Below, piece by piece: positions 17,932 to 27,427 of a stretch of DNA of 64,000 nucleotides. Both the position numbers and the translations under genes were made by a program. Within the stretch, counting starts at the first letter, position 1; every line of letters begins with the position of its first letter. The DNA is from a virus, in the IMG/VR virus record IMGVR_UViG_3300036770_004485; one strand, given 5' to 3'. The notes under the pieces are model-generated. The model had not been told where the DNA came from. It was given only the letters and a program-made list of their open reading frames with translations, and did not search any database.

Positions 17932-17949
17932 AATAAAAAGGAGATTGTA

Positions 17950-19002
17950 TTACGATTCTACCTCAAACTTAACGTCTGTGTCAACCTTATCATAGAGATC
18001 CATGAATGCTTGCTTGGTTTCATCATCAAAACGGTTCAGACAAACTTGAATTGCCTTTGCTTTGTCACCAAAGATTTTGTATGCCTGAATGATGTGAACC
18101 AAACGACGGGTGGAGATTACTTCATCAATACCTCCATCATAGAAGGTCTTACGGATGATATCTGCCCAATCAGCAAGACGTTGACAGAATATAGAATCAT
18201 CACAGAGTTTACTAAGAATCCGACTTTCAATTGCAGGAGAAGGGTATTCTTGCTCAAAAGTCACACAGAAACGTTCAAGAAATGCTTCATTAAGAACGTT
18301 AGTGCCGATGAAGCGACCATCATCAGAACCTTTACCCTTGGTGTTTGCAGTTGCAATCACATTGAAACCAGCAGTGGGTTTTACAAAGCGACCGATCTTT
18401 TTCAGGAAAACACCTTTGCCTTCCAGAATAGATTGCAGACACAGAATCTTATTAGATGCCAGATCAATCTCGTCAAGAAGCAGAACAGCACCACGCTCAA
18501 GTGCTTCAATCACTGGACCATTATGCCAGGCAGTTTCACCATTGACCAGACGGAATCCACCAATAAGATCGTCTTCATCAGTTTCAATGGTAATGTTGAC
18601 ACGAATCAATTCACGTCCCAATTGAGCACACGCTTGTTCCACACCAAACGTTTTACCGTTACCCGAAAGACCCGTAATGAACGTAGGGTAAAAGAGACGG
18701 GACTCAATAATTTTTTTAATATCACCAAAGTTACCAAACTTGACGAAGGTATCATCTTTACTAGGAATCAGATTTTGTTCGAAAGAAGGAATAACAGAGG
18801 GGGCATTAAAGGCATTTTCAATATTTTCCACAACTTTACTGGTTACTTCTAGATTCCATTTTCCACGACCAACTTTGTATGGTTCGATATATTTTGTAAC
18901 AGTCTGATAAGAAATATCAGCAGAAGCACAGTAACCACGAACATCTGCAGCAATAAATTCAGAACCGTAGAGATTACGAAGGGCGTCAACGTGATTTGAC
19001 AT
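17950..19002 (-). CDS. cobS: MoxR/CobS-like AAA+ ATPase
   Basis: GLSGNGKT, LLLDEID, ATANTKG, AFLERF; standard cyanomyovirus 'cobS' homolog. A cobalamin role is not established. Confidence 0.9.
   Translation of the reverse strand: MSNHVDALRNLYGSEFIAADVRGYCASADISYQTVTKYIEPYKVGRGKWNLEVTSKVVENIENAFNAPSVIPSFEQNLIPSKDDTFVKFGNFGDIKKIIESRLFYPTFITGLSGNGKTFGVEQACAQLGRELIRVNITIETDEDDLIGGFRLVNGETAWHNGPVIEALERGAVLLLDEIDLASNKILCLQSILEGKGVFLKKIGRFVKPTAGFNVIATANTKGKGSDDGRFIGTNVLNEAFLERFCVTFEQEYPSPAIESRILSKLCDDSIFCQRLADWADIIRKTFYDGGIDEVISTRRLVHIIQAYKIFGDKAKAIQVCLNRFDDETKQAFMDLYDKVDTDVKFEVES
17955..17984 (-). promoter_or_regulatory. sigma70 promoter TTGACA-N18-TAGAAT in the 3' end of the AAA+ gene
   Basis: -35 at 17979-17984, -10 at 17955-17960; upstream of the DUF3310/gp45/gp44 string. 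Confidence 0.65.
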
Positions 19003-19019
19003 TTCAAGTGGTTTGTTGA

Positions 19020-19424
19020 TTACTCTGTTATTATAGCAGGGATTCCGTCAGGCCATGGCAGACCATAAGACGGTTCTTCAAGTGTCACATCATCAAAAGG
19101 TCTTTCATAAACTTTATGAGAAGACACCCAAGATTTAAGTGCTGTTTTCATATAAGCAAATCCTTTCATAGGATCAGTATGATCCCCACATGTAAAAATA
19201 TCACACACAGCCATTTCTTTTTCAGGCCATGTGTGAATTGAAATATGAGATTCAGCCAAAAGAGTAACTGCTGTTATCCCCTGTGGTTCAAATTGATGTG
19301 ATACTGTATTCAAAAAAGTGGAACCACAATAATTAGCAGTTTCGTATAAAAGTTTTTCAATGAACATCCGATCATTGAGAAGCTCTACATCACACCTGTA
19401 GAGAGTAAAAAGTACATGTTTCAA
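19020..19424 (-). CDS. speD: Pyruvoyl-dependent S-adenosylmethionine decarboxylase proenzyme family
   Basis: FEPQGITAVTLLAE/SHISIHTWPE..CDIFTCG with the self-cleavage site. Confidence 0.92.
   Translation of the reverse strand: MKHVLFTLYRCDVELLNDRMFIEKLLYETANYCGSTFLNTVSHQFEPQGITAVTLLAESHISIHTWPEKEMAVCDIFTCGDHTDPMKGFAYMKTALKSWVSSHKVYERPFDDVTLEEPSYGLPWPDGIPAIITE
19030..19086 (-). promoter_or_regulatory. Extended -10 promoter (TGcTATAAT) with upstream palindrome GACACTT-GAAG-AACCGTC
   Basis: -10 at 19030-19035; palindrome at 19069-19086; lies in the speD 3' end. Confidence 0.65.
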
Positions 19425-19940
19425 TTACCCTATCCAATTAGGTTTGCGTTCTGGCATACGAATGTAATTTGATGCTACCCATGGTTTGGATGCAATGTAC
19501 ATTTTATACGCAGTATAAGTATCTATACTAGAATCAAATTTGTACTCATCTGGCATAGCTCTGACAAATGGAGTTACTTTTGTAATCTTTCCTTTTGGAA
19601 AAATATAATAAGCGTGAACAAGAGTATTGTAACATGAATGGGTTTTTTTATACCTCAAATGATACTCATCACATAAGTTCATTCCCCATTTGATTAACCA
19701 GTAGGCATTATGAATACTTTCAGATGCCCATTTGGTACATGGATGATTTCTAAATGCTCCTTTTTCAGTTTGATAGGGAGTATTATCTTTTTTATAAAGA
19801 GGACCATAATTATGTCCCCATTTTTTAGATGCCACAATAGAAAGCATTTGGCAACATTCTAGTGGCATCTTTACGATATGTTTATCTGGCAAACAAATAG
19901 CACTCTCGGCAGGAAATGGATTTGTGACGAAGATGTTCAT
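19425..19940 (-). CDS. Pyrimidine-dimer DNA glycosylase / endonuclease V-like protein
   Basis: MNIFV..DKHIVKMPLECCQMLS, NHPCTKW, PFVRAMPDEYK motifs. Confidence 0.75.
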   Translation of the reverse strand: MNIFVTNPFPAESAICLPDKHIVKMPLECCQMLSIVASKKWGHNYGPLYKKDNTPYQTEKGAFRNHPCTKWASESIHNAYWLIKWGMNLCDEYHLRYKKTHSCYNTLVHAYYIFPKGKITKVTPFVRAMPDEYKFDSSIDTYTAYKMYIASKPWVASNYIRMPERKPNWIG

Positions 19941-22060
19941 GCAACAAGTGTGACAAACTCTGAAAGAATTTTACGATTAAATTTTGATTTGTTCAAAGAT
20001 TTTTTGAAAGCAGCACGAATTGTAGCTTTTCCAGCACCCTCTTCAACATCAAAAGAGGAATCTTCATGCAAATTATTGGAACTAATGACAAAAAACTTAG
20101 TGAATGAGGGAATAGAGATTGAAGCAGACTTTTCTTTTTTGAATTGAAATTGAATTTTATCGTGTTCATTTAATGAATACTCTCTAACAAATCTACTAAG
20201 TTGAGAAGCATTAGCAATTCGAATACCAATGAAGTTTACTTCGGGATAGTTGTCACTAAGATTTTTCAAAATTGCAGTGGTGTGATTTTCTCCTAATTTG
20301 TAGGTAGTGCGAAGTTTACGATCTCGAATGTAAATGTTATCGCCCCAACGAATGTGGTAAGGTTTGATCTCTTTTTGACCGCTATATCCATAACGTTCCG
20401 ATGCATATGCAACAGGAGCAGCTTCACCATCAGTCAAAATAATTGTATGAAGTTTTTGAAGTTGATGTTTTGTTTTGAATGCGGGAATAATCTTATGCAA
20501 AGTCATCAATGCTTCATTCAGAGGTGTTCCTGATAACTGAAAAACTGGAGGGTAATCAACATGTCCAGAGAGATCATTGCTTACTCCAGTAGTAAGGCAC
20601 CAAAAATTCACACACTGACGTTCAAATTCTTGAGCATTGCAATCACTATTGAGAAATTCAAGCATACGAAAGTTTTTATCAATCCAAAAAGTATCTTTGA
20701 TTGGAGTTTCAATCAAACTTCTTAGATTGTATTCATCATCCTCATTGACATACCAGGCATTTGTAAATCCATAAACCTTGAAAGGAATTTTTACTTTACG
20801 GCAAAACCACACAAGATTCAGCATTTGCTTTACAGTTGATCCAATTGTATTTCCCATGGATCCAGACCAATCCAAAACAAAAATCAAACCATGATTTTTT
20901 CCATCTGCAAAGGTAGTTACTTTTTTGAACAAATCTTCATTGTACTTATACGTATGAAGTTTAGAACAATCAAGAACACCTGATCGAGAAGTAGAAGCAC
21001 GGGCATAAGAATCTGCAGATTTCTTACACTCAAATTCTTTTACCAAATAATTAACTTCTTTTTGAGATTCATTTTTGTATTTTCGGTATTCTTTTTTGGC
21101 AGCACCAATATAATAATCTTTCATGGCATCTTCAACATAAATTCTATCCCAAAAAGTTTCAAGCACTTCATTGATTTGAGTATTTTTGATCACTGCTTTA
21201 CCAAGAGGAATATTTGAAAGTTCAATGTACTTGAAATCCCTACGATGAGAGTCAATCAAATCCTTAAGTTTATCAGCAAGTCTTTCCATGGTACTCACAG
21301 AAGGATCTTCATTTAGGCGATTTTCATTGCCCTCTCTAAAATCTTCTGCGTTTTCACCAGGTTCCTCATTTGATTCTTCAGTTTTTGAAGAGTCATCGCT
21401 CTCACCATCTTCATCAAAAGAGGAGTCATCACTACTTTCAGTTTGACCTCCAGGTTGACCAGATTGCTGTTGATTTTGTTGAGGAGGAATTTCTGTTTTG
21501 GTTTCTTTTTCTAGTTCTTCTTTACAATATTTGTAAAGAAGTTCTGATGCACGAAGTACATCTTCAAACGTTTCGCACTGAGAGATTGTATCAACAACTG
21601 TTTGTTCTTTAGCGGTAAATTTAATTCCAAGGAAAGAACCAATTTTGAAATGTAAGTTGATGCGATCCGCAAGATTCATCTTGGAGATATCTTCATCGGC
21701 AAGCATGAAGAAATCCATCTCATGGAGTTCTCCATAACCTTTATAGAAGGTTTTTGAAAGACCAGGAAAACGACGTTTGATCAATTTTTCAATTCGAACA
21801 TCTTCTACGACATTCAAAAAGGTTTGAGGTGCTTTACACTTTTCAGTCCAATCTTCATTAGGAGTATACAAAGCATGACCAACTTCATGCGCCACCAGAA
21901 GATCAAAGATAGTATCAGTTGCTTTATCCCAAATTGGAAGAGTCAGAACACGTGTTTCCACATTGAATTGTGCTGTCTGAACTTGACGATGCTCAACCAG
22001 AAGATTTTCTTGTGCTAGAAGTTTGGCAACAGTTCCTTTGACTTCAAGATTGATGGGCAT
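19937..22060 (-). CDS. HExxH metallopeptidase-like plus VWA (CobT-like) protein
   Basis: LVAHEVGHAL; acidic linker; MIDAS DWSGS, SGTPLNEAL, LTDGEA. Confidence 0.85.
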   Translation of the reverse strand: MPINLEVKGTVAKLLAQENLLVEHRQVQTAQFNVETRVLTLPIWDKATDTIFDLLVAHEVGHALYTPNEDWTEKCKAPQTFLNVVEDVRIEKLIKRRFPGLSKTFYKGYGELHEMDFFMLADEDISKMNLADRINLHFKIGSFLGIKFTAKEQTVVDTISQCETFEDVLRASELLYKYCKEELEKETKTEIPPQQNQQQSGQPGGQTESSDDSSFDEDGESDDSSKTEESNEEPGENAEDFREGNENRLNEDPSVSTMERLADKLKDLIDSHRRDFKYIELSNIPLGKAVIKNTQINEVLETFWDRIYVEDAMKDYYIGAAKKEYRKYKNESQKEVNYLVKEFECKKSADSYARASTSRSGVLDCSKLHTYKYNEDLFKKVTTFADGKNHGLIFVLDWSGSMGNTIGSTVKQMLNLVWFCRKVKIPFKVYGFTNAWYVNEDDEYNLRSLIETPIKDTFWIDKNFRMLEFLNSDCNAQEFERQCVNFWCLTTGVSNDLSGHVDYPPVFQLSGTPLNEALMTLHKIIPAFKTKHQLQKLHTIILTDGEAAPVAYASERYGYSGQKEIKPYHIRWGDNIYIRDRKLRTTYKLGENHTTAILKNLSDNYPEVNFIGIRIANASQLSRFVREYSLNEHDKIQFQFKKEKSASISIPSFTKFFVISSNNLHEDSSFDVEEGAGKATIRAAFKKSLNKSKFNRKILSEFVTLVA

Positions 22061-22230
22061 CGGTCTTCCTTGTTTGTCTTACCATAATACGACGAAACCT
22101 CCCGCTTGGGGAGGTTCAGTAGACGGTTTTTCAACTGTCTGCGCCTGGCACGTGCCTGGCGCATTGCTTGTGGTTTGAGATGGCGTTTCTGATCTTTTTT
22201 GGAGTGATGCTGCCAATTTGGGACCTTCAT
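22015..22230 (-). CDS. Small basic conserved hypothetical protein
   Basis: MKVPNWQHHSKKDQKRHLKPQAMRQAR N-terminus typical of cyanomyoviruses; 3' half overlaps the promoter and start of the next gene. Confidence 0.65.
   Translation of the reverse strand: MKVPNWQHHSKKDQKRHLKPQAMRQARARRRQLKNRLLNLPKREVSSYYGKTNKEDRCPSILKSKELLPNF
22084..22139 (-). promoter_or_regulatory. -10 box TATTAT with upstream palindrome GACAGTT-GAAA-AACCGTC
   Basis: -10 at 22084-22089; palindrome at 22122-22139; same geometry as the AAA+ promoter. Confidence 0.55.
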
Positions 22231-22256
22231 GGGTCTGGTGAGATTTCCTATCCTAT

Positions 22257-24392
22257 CTAGGATAGCAGCATGTTCTCTAACATGTCAAGCTCTTTTAATT
22301 TTTCAGTTCTAAGTTGATCTTTTGTTTTTGCTTTTGGTTTTTTAAAAAATCTTGCTAATGATTTTCTATTTGGATCTTCAACATCTACTTTTTTATTTTT
22401 TGACTCTCCACCAAATAATTTACCATAAGTCAGTGGTTCTTTTACCGTTTTGAAAGTCTTTGGATCAGAAAGTTTAATATTTCTTGCCAGAATTTTTTTC
22501 ACCCTTGAAGTTTGTTGTTTATTTTCTGGAAAGTGAGTGTCAACATACAAATTTGAAGTTTGAACTAGAAGATCATTTTTTATTTCTTTTTCTCGATATA
22601 TTCTTTCTTCTGGAGATAATGTAGACAATTTTATAGAAGTTTGAAATTCGATCAACAAATATTTTTTAATTGGATCTGGAAGATTTTTTATTCCATTAAT
22701 TAGCAAATCAAATTCATTTATAACATTTTCTTCATTTATTTTTTCCCTTCTTTTATATTTTTCAAAAAGAGTTTCTTCTTTTACAGGTTGATTTTTATAA
22801 CCTGGTGCTAATTTTTGTGCATCTTTTGCGGGAATAACAGTTTCAAAGTGAACTATAGGAGCGTTTTTTCCAGGAGTTCCAGGAATCAATCCAAATCCAG
22901 ATTGGTCAAAAAAAGTTTGAACACTTTCACTTGCTTCTTTCTGAGCTTTGCTTTTTTCTGCCTGCTTACTACCCTTAGCATCATCATAAAGTGCTCCAAC
23001 AAAATCAGTAACAAAACTAGAGACTAATTTTACAATTGGTTTATTCGCAATATCCGACGATGGACCAAATCCATAGGTATCTGGAATACGAATATTTCCT
23101 TCCTTATCAATATAAGGTTTTCCAGTAATATTATTATGAGTCCCCTTCGCTCCTATATTCCCACCCTGTTCTATTCCTCTGCTGGTTTGTCTTTGTAAAT
23201 ATTGATCTATAGGACCATCAATTTTAGGTTGATATCCCTTTAAGAGATATTCTTGTGTCGATGATGAGACTTTATTTTGCAATGGATTACTTTTTGTTCC
23301 GATAGAATTGGGAGGTAACGTATATCGACCATCAGGACCTTGAGGACCTAACTTCGTAGATCCTATTACATTTTTCACATTAGACAATAAATTTATTCCA
23401 TCTTCAATACCATCAGTAATTTTTGTTATTGGCTTAGTAAAATCTTGTTTTGATATAGATTTTTCTATTGATCTAATATTCTCCCCAACTTTATTAATTG
23501 CTTTTTCCGTATTTTTACCAAATTCATTGAGTGCTTTTCCAACATTTTTTGCAAATGCAATCGCAGATTTAATAAATCCAGGATAATAATTTGGATCACC
23601 TAGATTATTTTGTCGTACAAGAACAGGTTTAGGTGGTCCTTCAGGAACCCCAGGAATTGCAGGTATTTCGGGAACACCTGGATCTGTCATTATTCTGTTT
23701 GGTAAAGGATTACCGTTCGCATCAGCAGCAATCCATAATGTAAATGCATATAAAGCATAATCTGCTTTTGGAGTGCTATTATTTGACAGATTTGATGGAT
23801 AATATTGTGTAGCACCTTTGCAAGTTCCAAAAAGGCAATCTAATTGTCTCCAAAGATAAATTGTTTTTGTTATTTTACCAGGATAGGGCCATCTATAATA
23901 AGCCTCTGCATATGCTCTCCCAAGATCGGTGGAGGCATTCCCAAAAACGCCCACAGATGCAACTGATGTAAATCCACCAGAACTTAAGTATCCAACATAA
24001 TTGGTAGATAACCAACCATCTCTTATTATAAATCCAACTGGAACTACACCTTCAGGATATGTGCCTTCAATTTGTCGTGTTGCAGCAACTTGTTCTCCAT
24101 TATAAGTGGTGTATAGGTTTGCAGGCACATTCACTGGAGCATCAGGATCACTACCATCCCCTTGATCTCCCCACACAAAATCATCTGGATTAGAAATACC
24201 ACCAGTTACATTTTCATAAGTTGGAGGAACTGCTGGAACTGCAGGAACTTCTGGAATTGCAGGATCACCTGGTTCAAATCCAGTCACAGTATAAAGACCG
24301 GTTGTTCTCATTGCCTCATTTAAGCGACAAATTTTTTCTTCAATCTCAACAAGAGGTTTTTTATATTTCTTTATCTTAGCAAAGGTGCCCAT
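22257..24392 (-). CDS. Large late hypothetical protein with Pro-rich linkers
   Basis: 711 aa; GATAAATA promoter at 24413-24420; PAIPEVPAVPAVPP and PGVPEIPAIPGVPEGPP linkers. Confidence 0.8.
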   Translation of the reverse strand: MGTFAKIKKYKKPLVEIEEKICRLNEAMRTTGLYTVTGFEPGDPAIPEVPAVPAVPPTYENVTGGISNPDDFVWGDQGDGSDPDAPVNVPANLYTTYNGEQVAATRQIEGTYPEGVVPVGFIIRDGWLSTNYVGYLSSGGFTSVASVGVFGNASTDLGRAYAEAYYRWPYPGKITKTIYLWRQLDCLFGTCKGATQYYPSNLSNNSTPKADYALYAFTLWIAADANGNPLPNRIMTDPGVPEIPAIPGVPEGPPKPVLVRQNNLGDPNYYPGFIKSAIAFAKNVGKALNEFGKNTEKAINKVGENIRSIEKSISKQDFTKPITKITDGIEDGINLLSNVKNVIGSTKLGPQGPDGRYTLPPNSIGTKSNPLQNKVSSSTQEYLLKGYQPKIDGPIDQYLQRQTSRGIEQGGNIGAKGTHNNITGKPYIDKEGNIRIPDTYGFGPSSDIANKPIVKLVSSFVTDFVGALYDDAKGSKQAEKSKAQKEASESVQTFFDQSGFGLIPGTPGKNAPIVHFETVIPAKDAQKLAPGYKNQPVKEETLFEKYKRREKINEENVINEFDLLINGIKNLPDPIKKYLLIEFQTSIKLSTLSPEERIYREKEIKNDLLVQTSNLYVDTHFPENKQQTSRVKKILARNIKLSDPKTFKTVKEPLTYGKLFGGESKNKKVDVEDPNRKSLARFFKKPKAKTKDQLRTEKLKELDMLENMLLS

Positions 24393-24407
24393 CAGAAAAA
24401 AAATCCT

Positions 24408-26123
24408 CTAGGTATTTATCTTTCTACTAAATCCTTTGACTTTCTCAAAGCGTATGACACTTTCAAATTTGTCATACAATCCCTCCTTATGAGAGATTAC
24501 AAACACATTAGCATCACCAATTACAAACTTGATAATCTTTAGAAAATCATCTGTACCAAATCCATCAAGAGAACTATCAAATACCTCATCCATAATCAAA
24601 AGATTTGTATTGATGGAATTTTTGAATCTGGCAACTTCTCTCCAAGTAAAAAGAAGTGCCAAATCAATTCTCATTTTTTCTCCTTCACTAAAAGAAGCGT
24701 ATGAAAAATCTGCATGAATTGGAGATTGAATACTTTCATTGAATTCTTCATCAAGTTGAAAATTGATAAAGAAATCCATCAGTTGAAGATAACGATTGAC
24801 TTGTTTGTTGATGAAGGGGAGGTACTGTTTAATAATTTTGGTTTTGACTCCCCCATCCTTCAATAAGGAATACACAAAGTCGTGATTTTTAATTGATTCA
24901 GTCTTTGTTGCTAACTCTTCATATGTTCCCTGTAAAGACTCATTGAATGTTTTTAGTTTCTCGTGCTCAGCATTTCTGTTTTCAAGTTGTTCGGTAATTC
25001 TTTGAACTTCCGATTCCAGATCTCTGCATTGTCGTTGTATGCCAGAAACAATAGCATTGTTTTGAGTAATTTCATTAGTTAGGGAAGCAACCTCCTGTGT
25101 GAGTTCGGTAAAGCGGACCTCTCTTGACTCCTCTGTTTGTATTTTAGATTCTAAATCGCACAGACCTTCATGTAACTTTTCTATTGAAGCATTGAGTTCC
25201 GCTATTCTATTTACACGAAAATCTTGCTCAATAGATTGAGTACAGGTAGGGCAAACCTCATTATCAAAGAAAAACTTTGACTCTTCATTTGCGGTTTCTT
25301 TCTTTTGCTGAATTTGTGCTCTCAGTTGTGCGTACTTGAATAAAGTTTTACCTGCTCCCTCAAACTCTTTAATATGAACATTTACTTCTTCAATTTTTTT
25401 TGATAGGTCATCATTAGACTTTAGAAGAACAGTTGCTTCACCTGCAAACTTTTTTATCTTTTGCTTTCTATCTAAAATATCATCCTTACCTTTCTGTTCA
25501 ATAGAATCTATGAATTCTTGCTGCATCTTGATTTTATCTTTCAAAGAATCTTTCTTCAAATCAAGAACATTCACATCATCCTTCAACATACGAATCTTAT
25601 CTTTGATGAGATAATTCATTGAGGAAAAGATCTTGATGTCCAAAAGATCTTCAATAACTTCCCTCCGATGTGCCAAAGGAAGTTGCATAAAAGGTACAAA
25701 AGTACTACTACCCAAAATAACAATTTGAGTAAACGACTTAAAGTTCAATTTGAGAATATTTTGTTCTAACTGCTTTTGTTGATCATTGGAAGAAGCGTCC
25801 TGGTCAACCATTTTACCATCAACCCATATCTCAAACTTAGTCGGTTTGAGACCACGTATAATTTTATACTCCTTTCCTTTGATATCAAATTCAACCTCTA
25901 CAACACAATCCTTTTCATTTACTGAATTAATAAGTTGAGGTTTATTGATCTTTCGAAATGGTTTATTGAACAACGAAAAGGTAAGAGCATCCAAAATGGT
26001 TGACTTACCAGAACCATTTGTTCCTATGATGATAGTATTTTCAGACTCATTTAGTTTTACTTCAGTCCATTGATTGCCAGTAGAAAGAAAATTCTTCCAG
26101 CGAATATTCTTAAATGTGATCAT
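24408..26123 (-). CDS. gp46: SbcC/Rad50-like recombination endonuclease subunit gp46
   Basis: GTNGSGKS, coiled coil with CPTC hook, FSEGE, LIMDEVFD. Confidence 0.96.
   Translation of the reverse strand: MITFKNIRWKNFLSTGNQWTEVKLNESENTIIIGTNGSGKSTILDALTFSLFNKPFRKINKPQLINSVNEKDCVVEVEFDIKGKEYKIIRGLKPTKFEIWVDGKMVDQDASSNDQQKQLEQNILKLNFKSFTQIVILGSSTFVPFMQLPLAHRREVIEDLLDIKIFSSMNYLIKDKIRMLKDDVNVLDLKKDSLKDKIKMQQEFIDSIEQKGKDDILDRKQKIKKFAGEATVLLKSNDDLSKKIEEVNVHIKEFEGAGKTLFKYAQLRAQIQQKKETANEESKFFFDNEVCPTCTQSIEQDFRVNRIAELNASIEKLHEGLCDLESKIQTEESREVRFTELTQEVASLTNEITQNNAIVSGIQRQCRDLESEVQRITEQLENRNAEHEKLKTFNESLQGTYEELATKTESIKNHDFVYSLLKDGGVKTKIIKQYLPFINKQVNRYLQLMDFFINFQLDEEFNESIQSPIHADFSYASFSEGEKMRIDLALLFTWREVARFKNSINTNLLIMDEVFDSSLDGFGTDDFLKIIKFVIGDANVFVISHKEGLYDKFESVIRFEKVKGFSRKINT
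24413..24420 (-). promoter_or_regulatory. Late promoter GATAAATA in the last codons of gp46
   Basis: NATAAATA 21 nt upstream of the 711-aa ATG. Confidence 0.7.
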
Positions 26124-26400
26124 GAAAAGAAACTTTTGGAGGAACTACAATATCATTGGGAGTAATGATAGCATATCTTGTGGAAGAAAATTCGCAAGCT
26201 TTGACCATCATTTCATCATCGACTTCGATAACATGCATGGTTGGAAAATCATCTTCCTCTAACATCATAGCATATCTCATAGCATCATCCTCTTCTTGGA
26301 ACAGGTATAAAACCTGATCTCCATCATCATTAACTACAGAATATGCACCTTCATCTTCTTTACCTTCTATGGTAAGAACAAACACGTTAGAATACCTCAC
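26110..26400 (-). CDS. Conserved acidic hypothetical protein between gp47 and gp46
   Basis: 96 aa, coupled to both neighbours; LYLFQEEDDAMRYAMML. Confidence 0.8.
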   Translation of the reverse strand: MRYSNVFVLTIEGKEDEGAYSVVNDDGDQVLYLFQEEDDAMRYAMMLEEDDFPTMHVIEVDDEMMVKACEFSSTRYAIITPNDIVVPPKVSFHDHI

Positions 26401-27427
26401 ATGCTTCTTGATAGATATTTTTTATAATATCTTTTACGGCATTCTTATCTATATCAGTTTCGGATTCATCAAGGTATCGACTCAATATTGTAAGAGTGTC
26501 TTCTGATTGCTCTACTTCAAAATTTTCGTTTTCATTTATTGCAAAGTTTTCTACGATTTTGAGATCTGCAACACCAGAACTCATAACTTTGTCAATATAC
26601 TTTTCAAAATTCTTTGGATCTGTCTTTTTACGAACAATAATTTTTACAATTTTATTTTCAAAATCGGACACATTGAATGTTTGATAAGGAGTGTCATCAT
26701 AATACAATCTATAAAACATTCTAAAAGGATTATTGATTGGGGTCACTTCCAAAGTGTTTGTATCAAAGATATGAAATCCTCTGGTTTCCTCCAAATCACT
26801 CCAATAAATTTCATATGGATTGCCAAGATAATGAATATTATCATCACTACTTCTGTGATGATAATGTCCAGAAAATACTTTTTTGAATTTTTTATATGGA
26901 GATCTATCAGCACCATGTTCCATCAAATGAACTCTATTGGCATAAAAACCAGTAAGTTCCAAATGCCCCATAACAACTGGAGAAGTTGTTTTTTGTAAAG
27001 TTTTATATGTCAGTTCTTCATTCTCTTGATTAATCCAAGGCACAAAAAGAACATTCAATTTGTCCAATGTTACTTCTGTTGGTTTTGAATATACATTTAC
27101 ATTTTTATATTCTCTAAGTAGAAGATCAACCGCATTCACATCATTTGTGTTTTTATAATATGCCGTATGATTTCCAACGATAGTATGAACTGTGATACCC
27201 ATTTTTTCTAGAGTATCATAATAATTATCCTTTGCCCAAGCAAGAGCAGAAAAATCAATACCTTTACGACTATCAAAGGTATCACCCATATCAATAACTG
27301 TGGTGATACCTTCCCGTTTTATGGTAGGAAAGAATACTTCATTATAAAACTTCAAAAAGAAGTCATGAAACAATTTGGAATTTTTACGAGCACCAAAGTG
27401 TTGGTCAGTAATTACGGCAATTTTCAC
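26387..27427 (-). CDS. gp47: SbcD/Mre11-like recombination endonuclease subunit gp47
   Basis: ITDQHFG, DMGDTFD, VGNHT, GHLE, SGHYH phosphoesterase motifs. Confidence 0.96.
   Translation of the reverse strand: MKIAVITDQHFGARKNSKLFHDFFLKFYNEVFFPTIKREGITTVIDMGDTFDSRKGIDFSALAWAKDNYYDTLEKMGITVHTIVGNHTAYYKNTNDVNAVDLLLREYKNVNVYSKPTEVTLDKLNVLFVPWINQENEELTYKTLQKTTSPVVMGHLELTGFYANRVHLMEHGADRSPYKKFKKVFSGHYHHRSSDDNIHYLGNPYEIYWSDLEETRGFHIFDTNTLEVTPINNPFRMFYRLYYDDTPYQTFNVSDFENKIVKIIVRKKTDPKNFEKYIDKVMSSGVADLKIVENFAINENENFEVEQSEDTLTILSRYLDESETDIDKNAVKDIIKNIYQEACEVF

Noticed and set aside
17920-18852. 310-aa plus-strand ORF
   Set aside because: Exact antisense shadow of the AAA+ gene; no SD or promoter, and no protein-like motif. 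The same applies to the other plus-strand ORFs in the track.
23060-23130. GNIRIPDTYGF resembling the colicin M-type DxYDF catalytic motif
   Set aside because: The second Asp and the downstream His-Arg are missing; too short to support the call.
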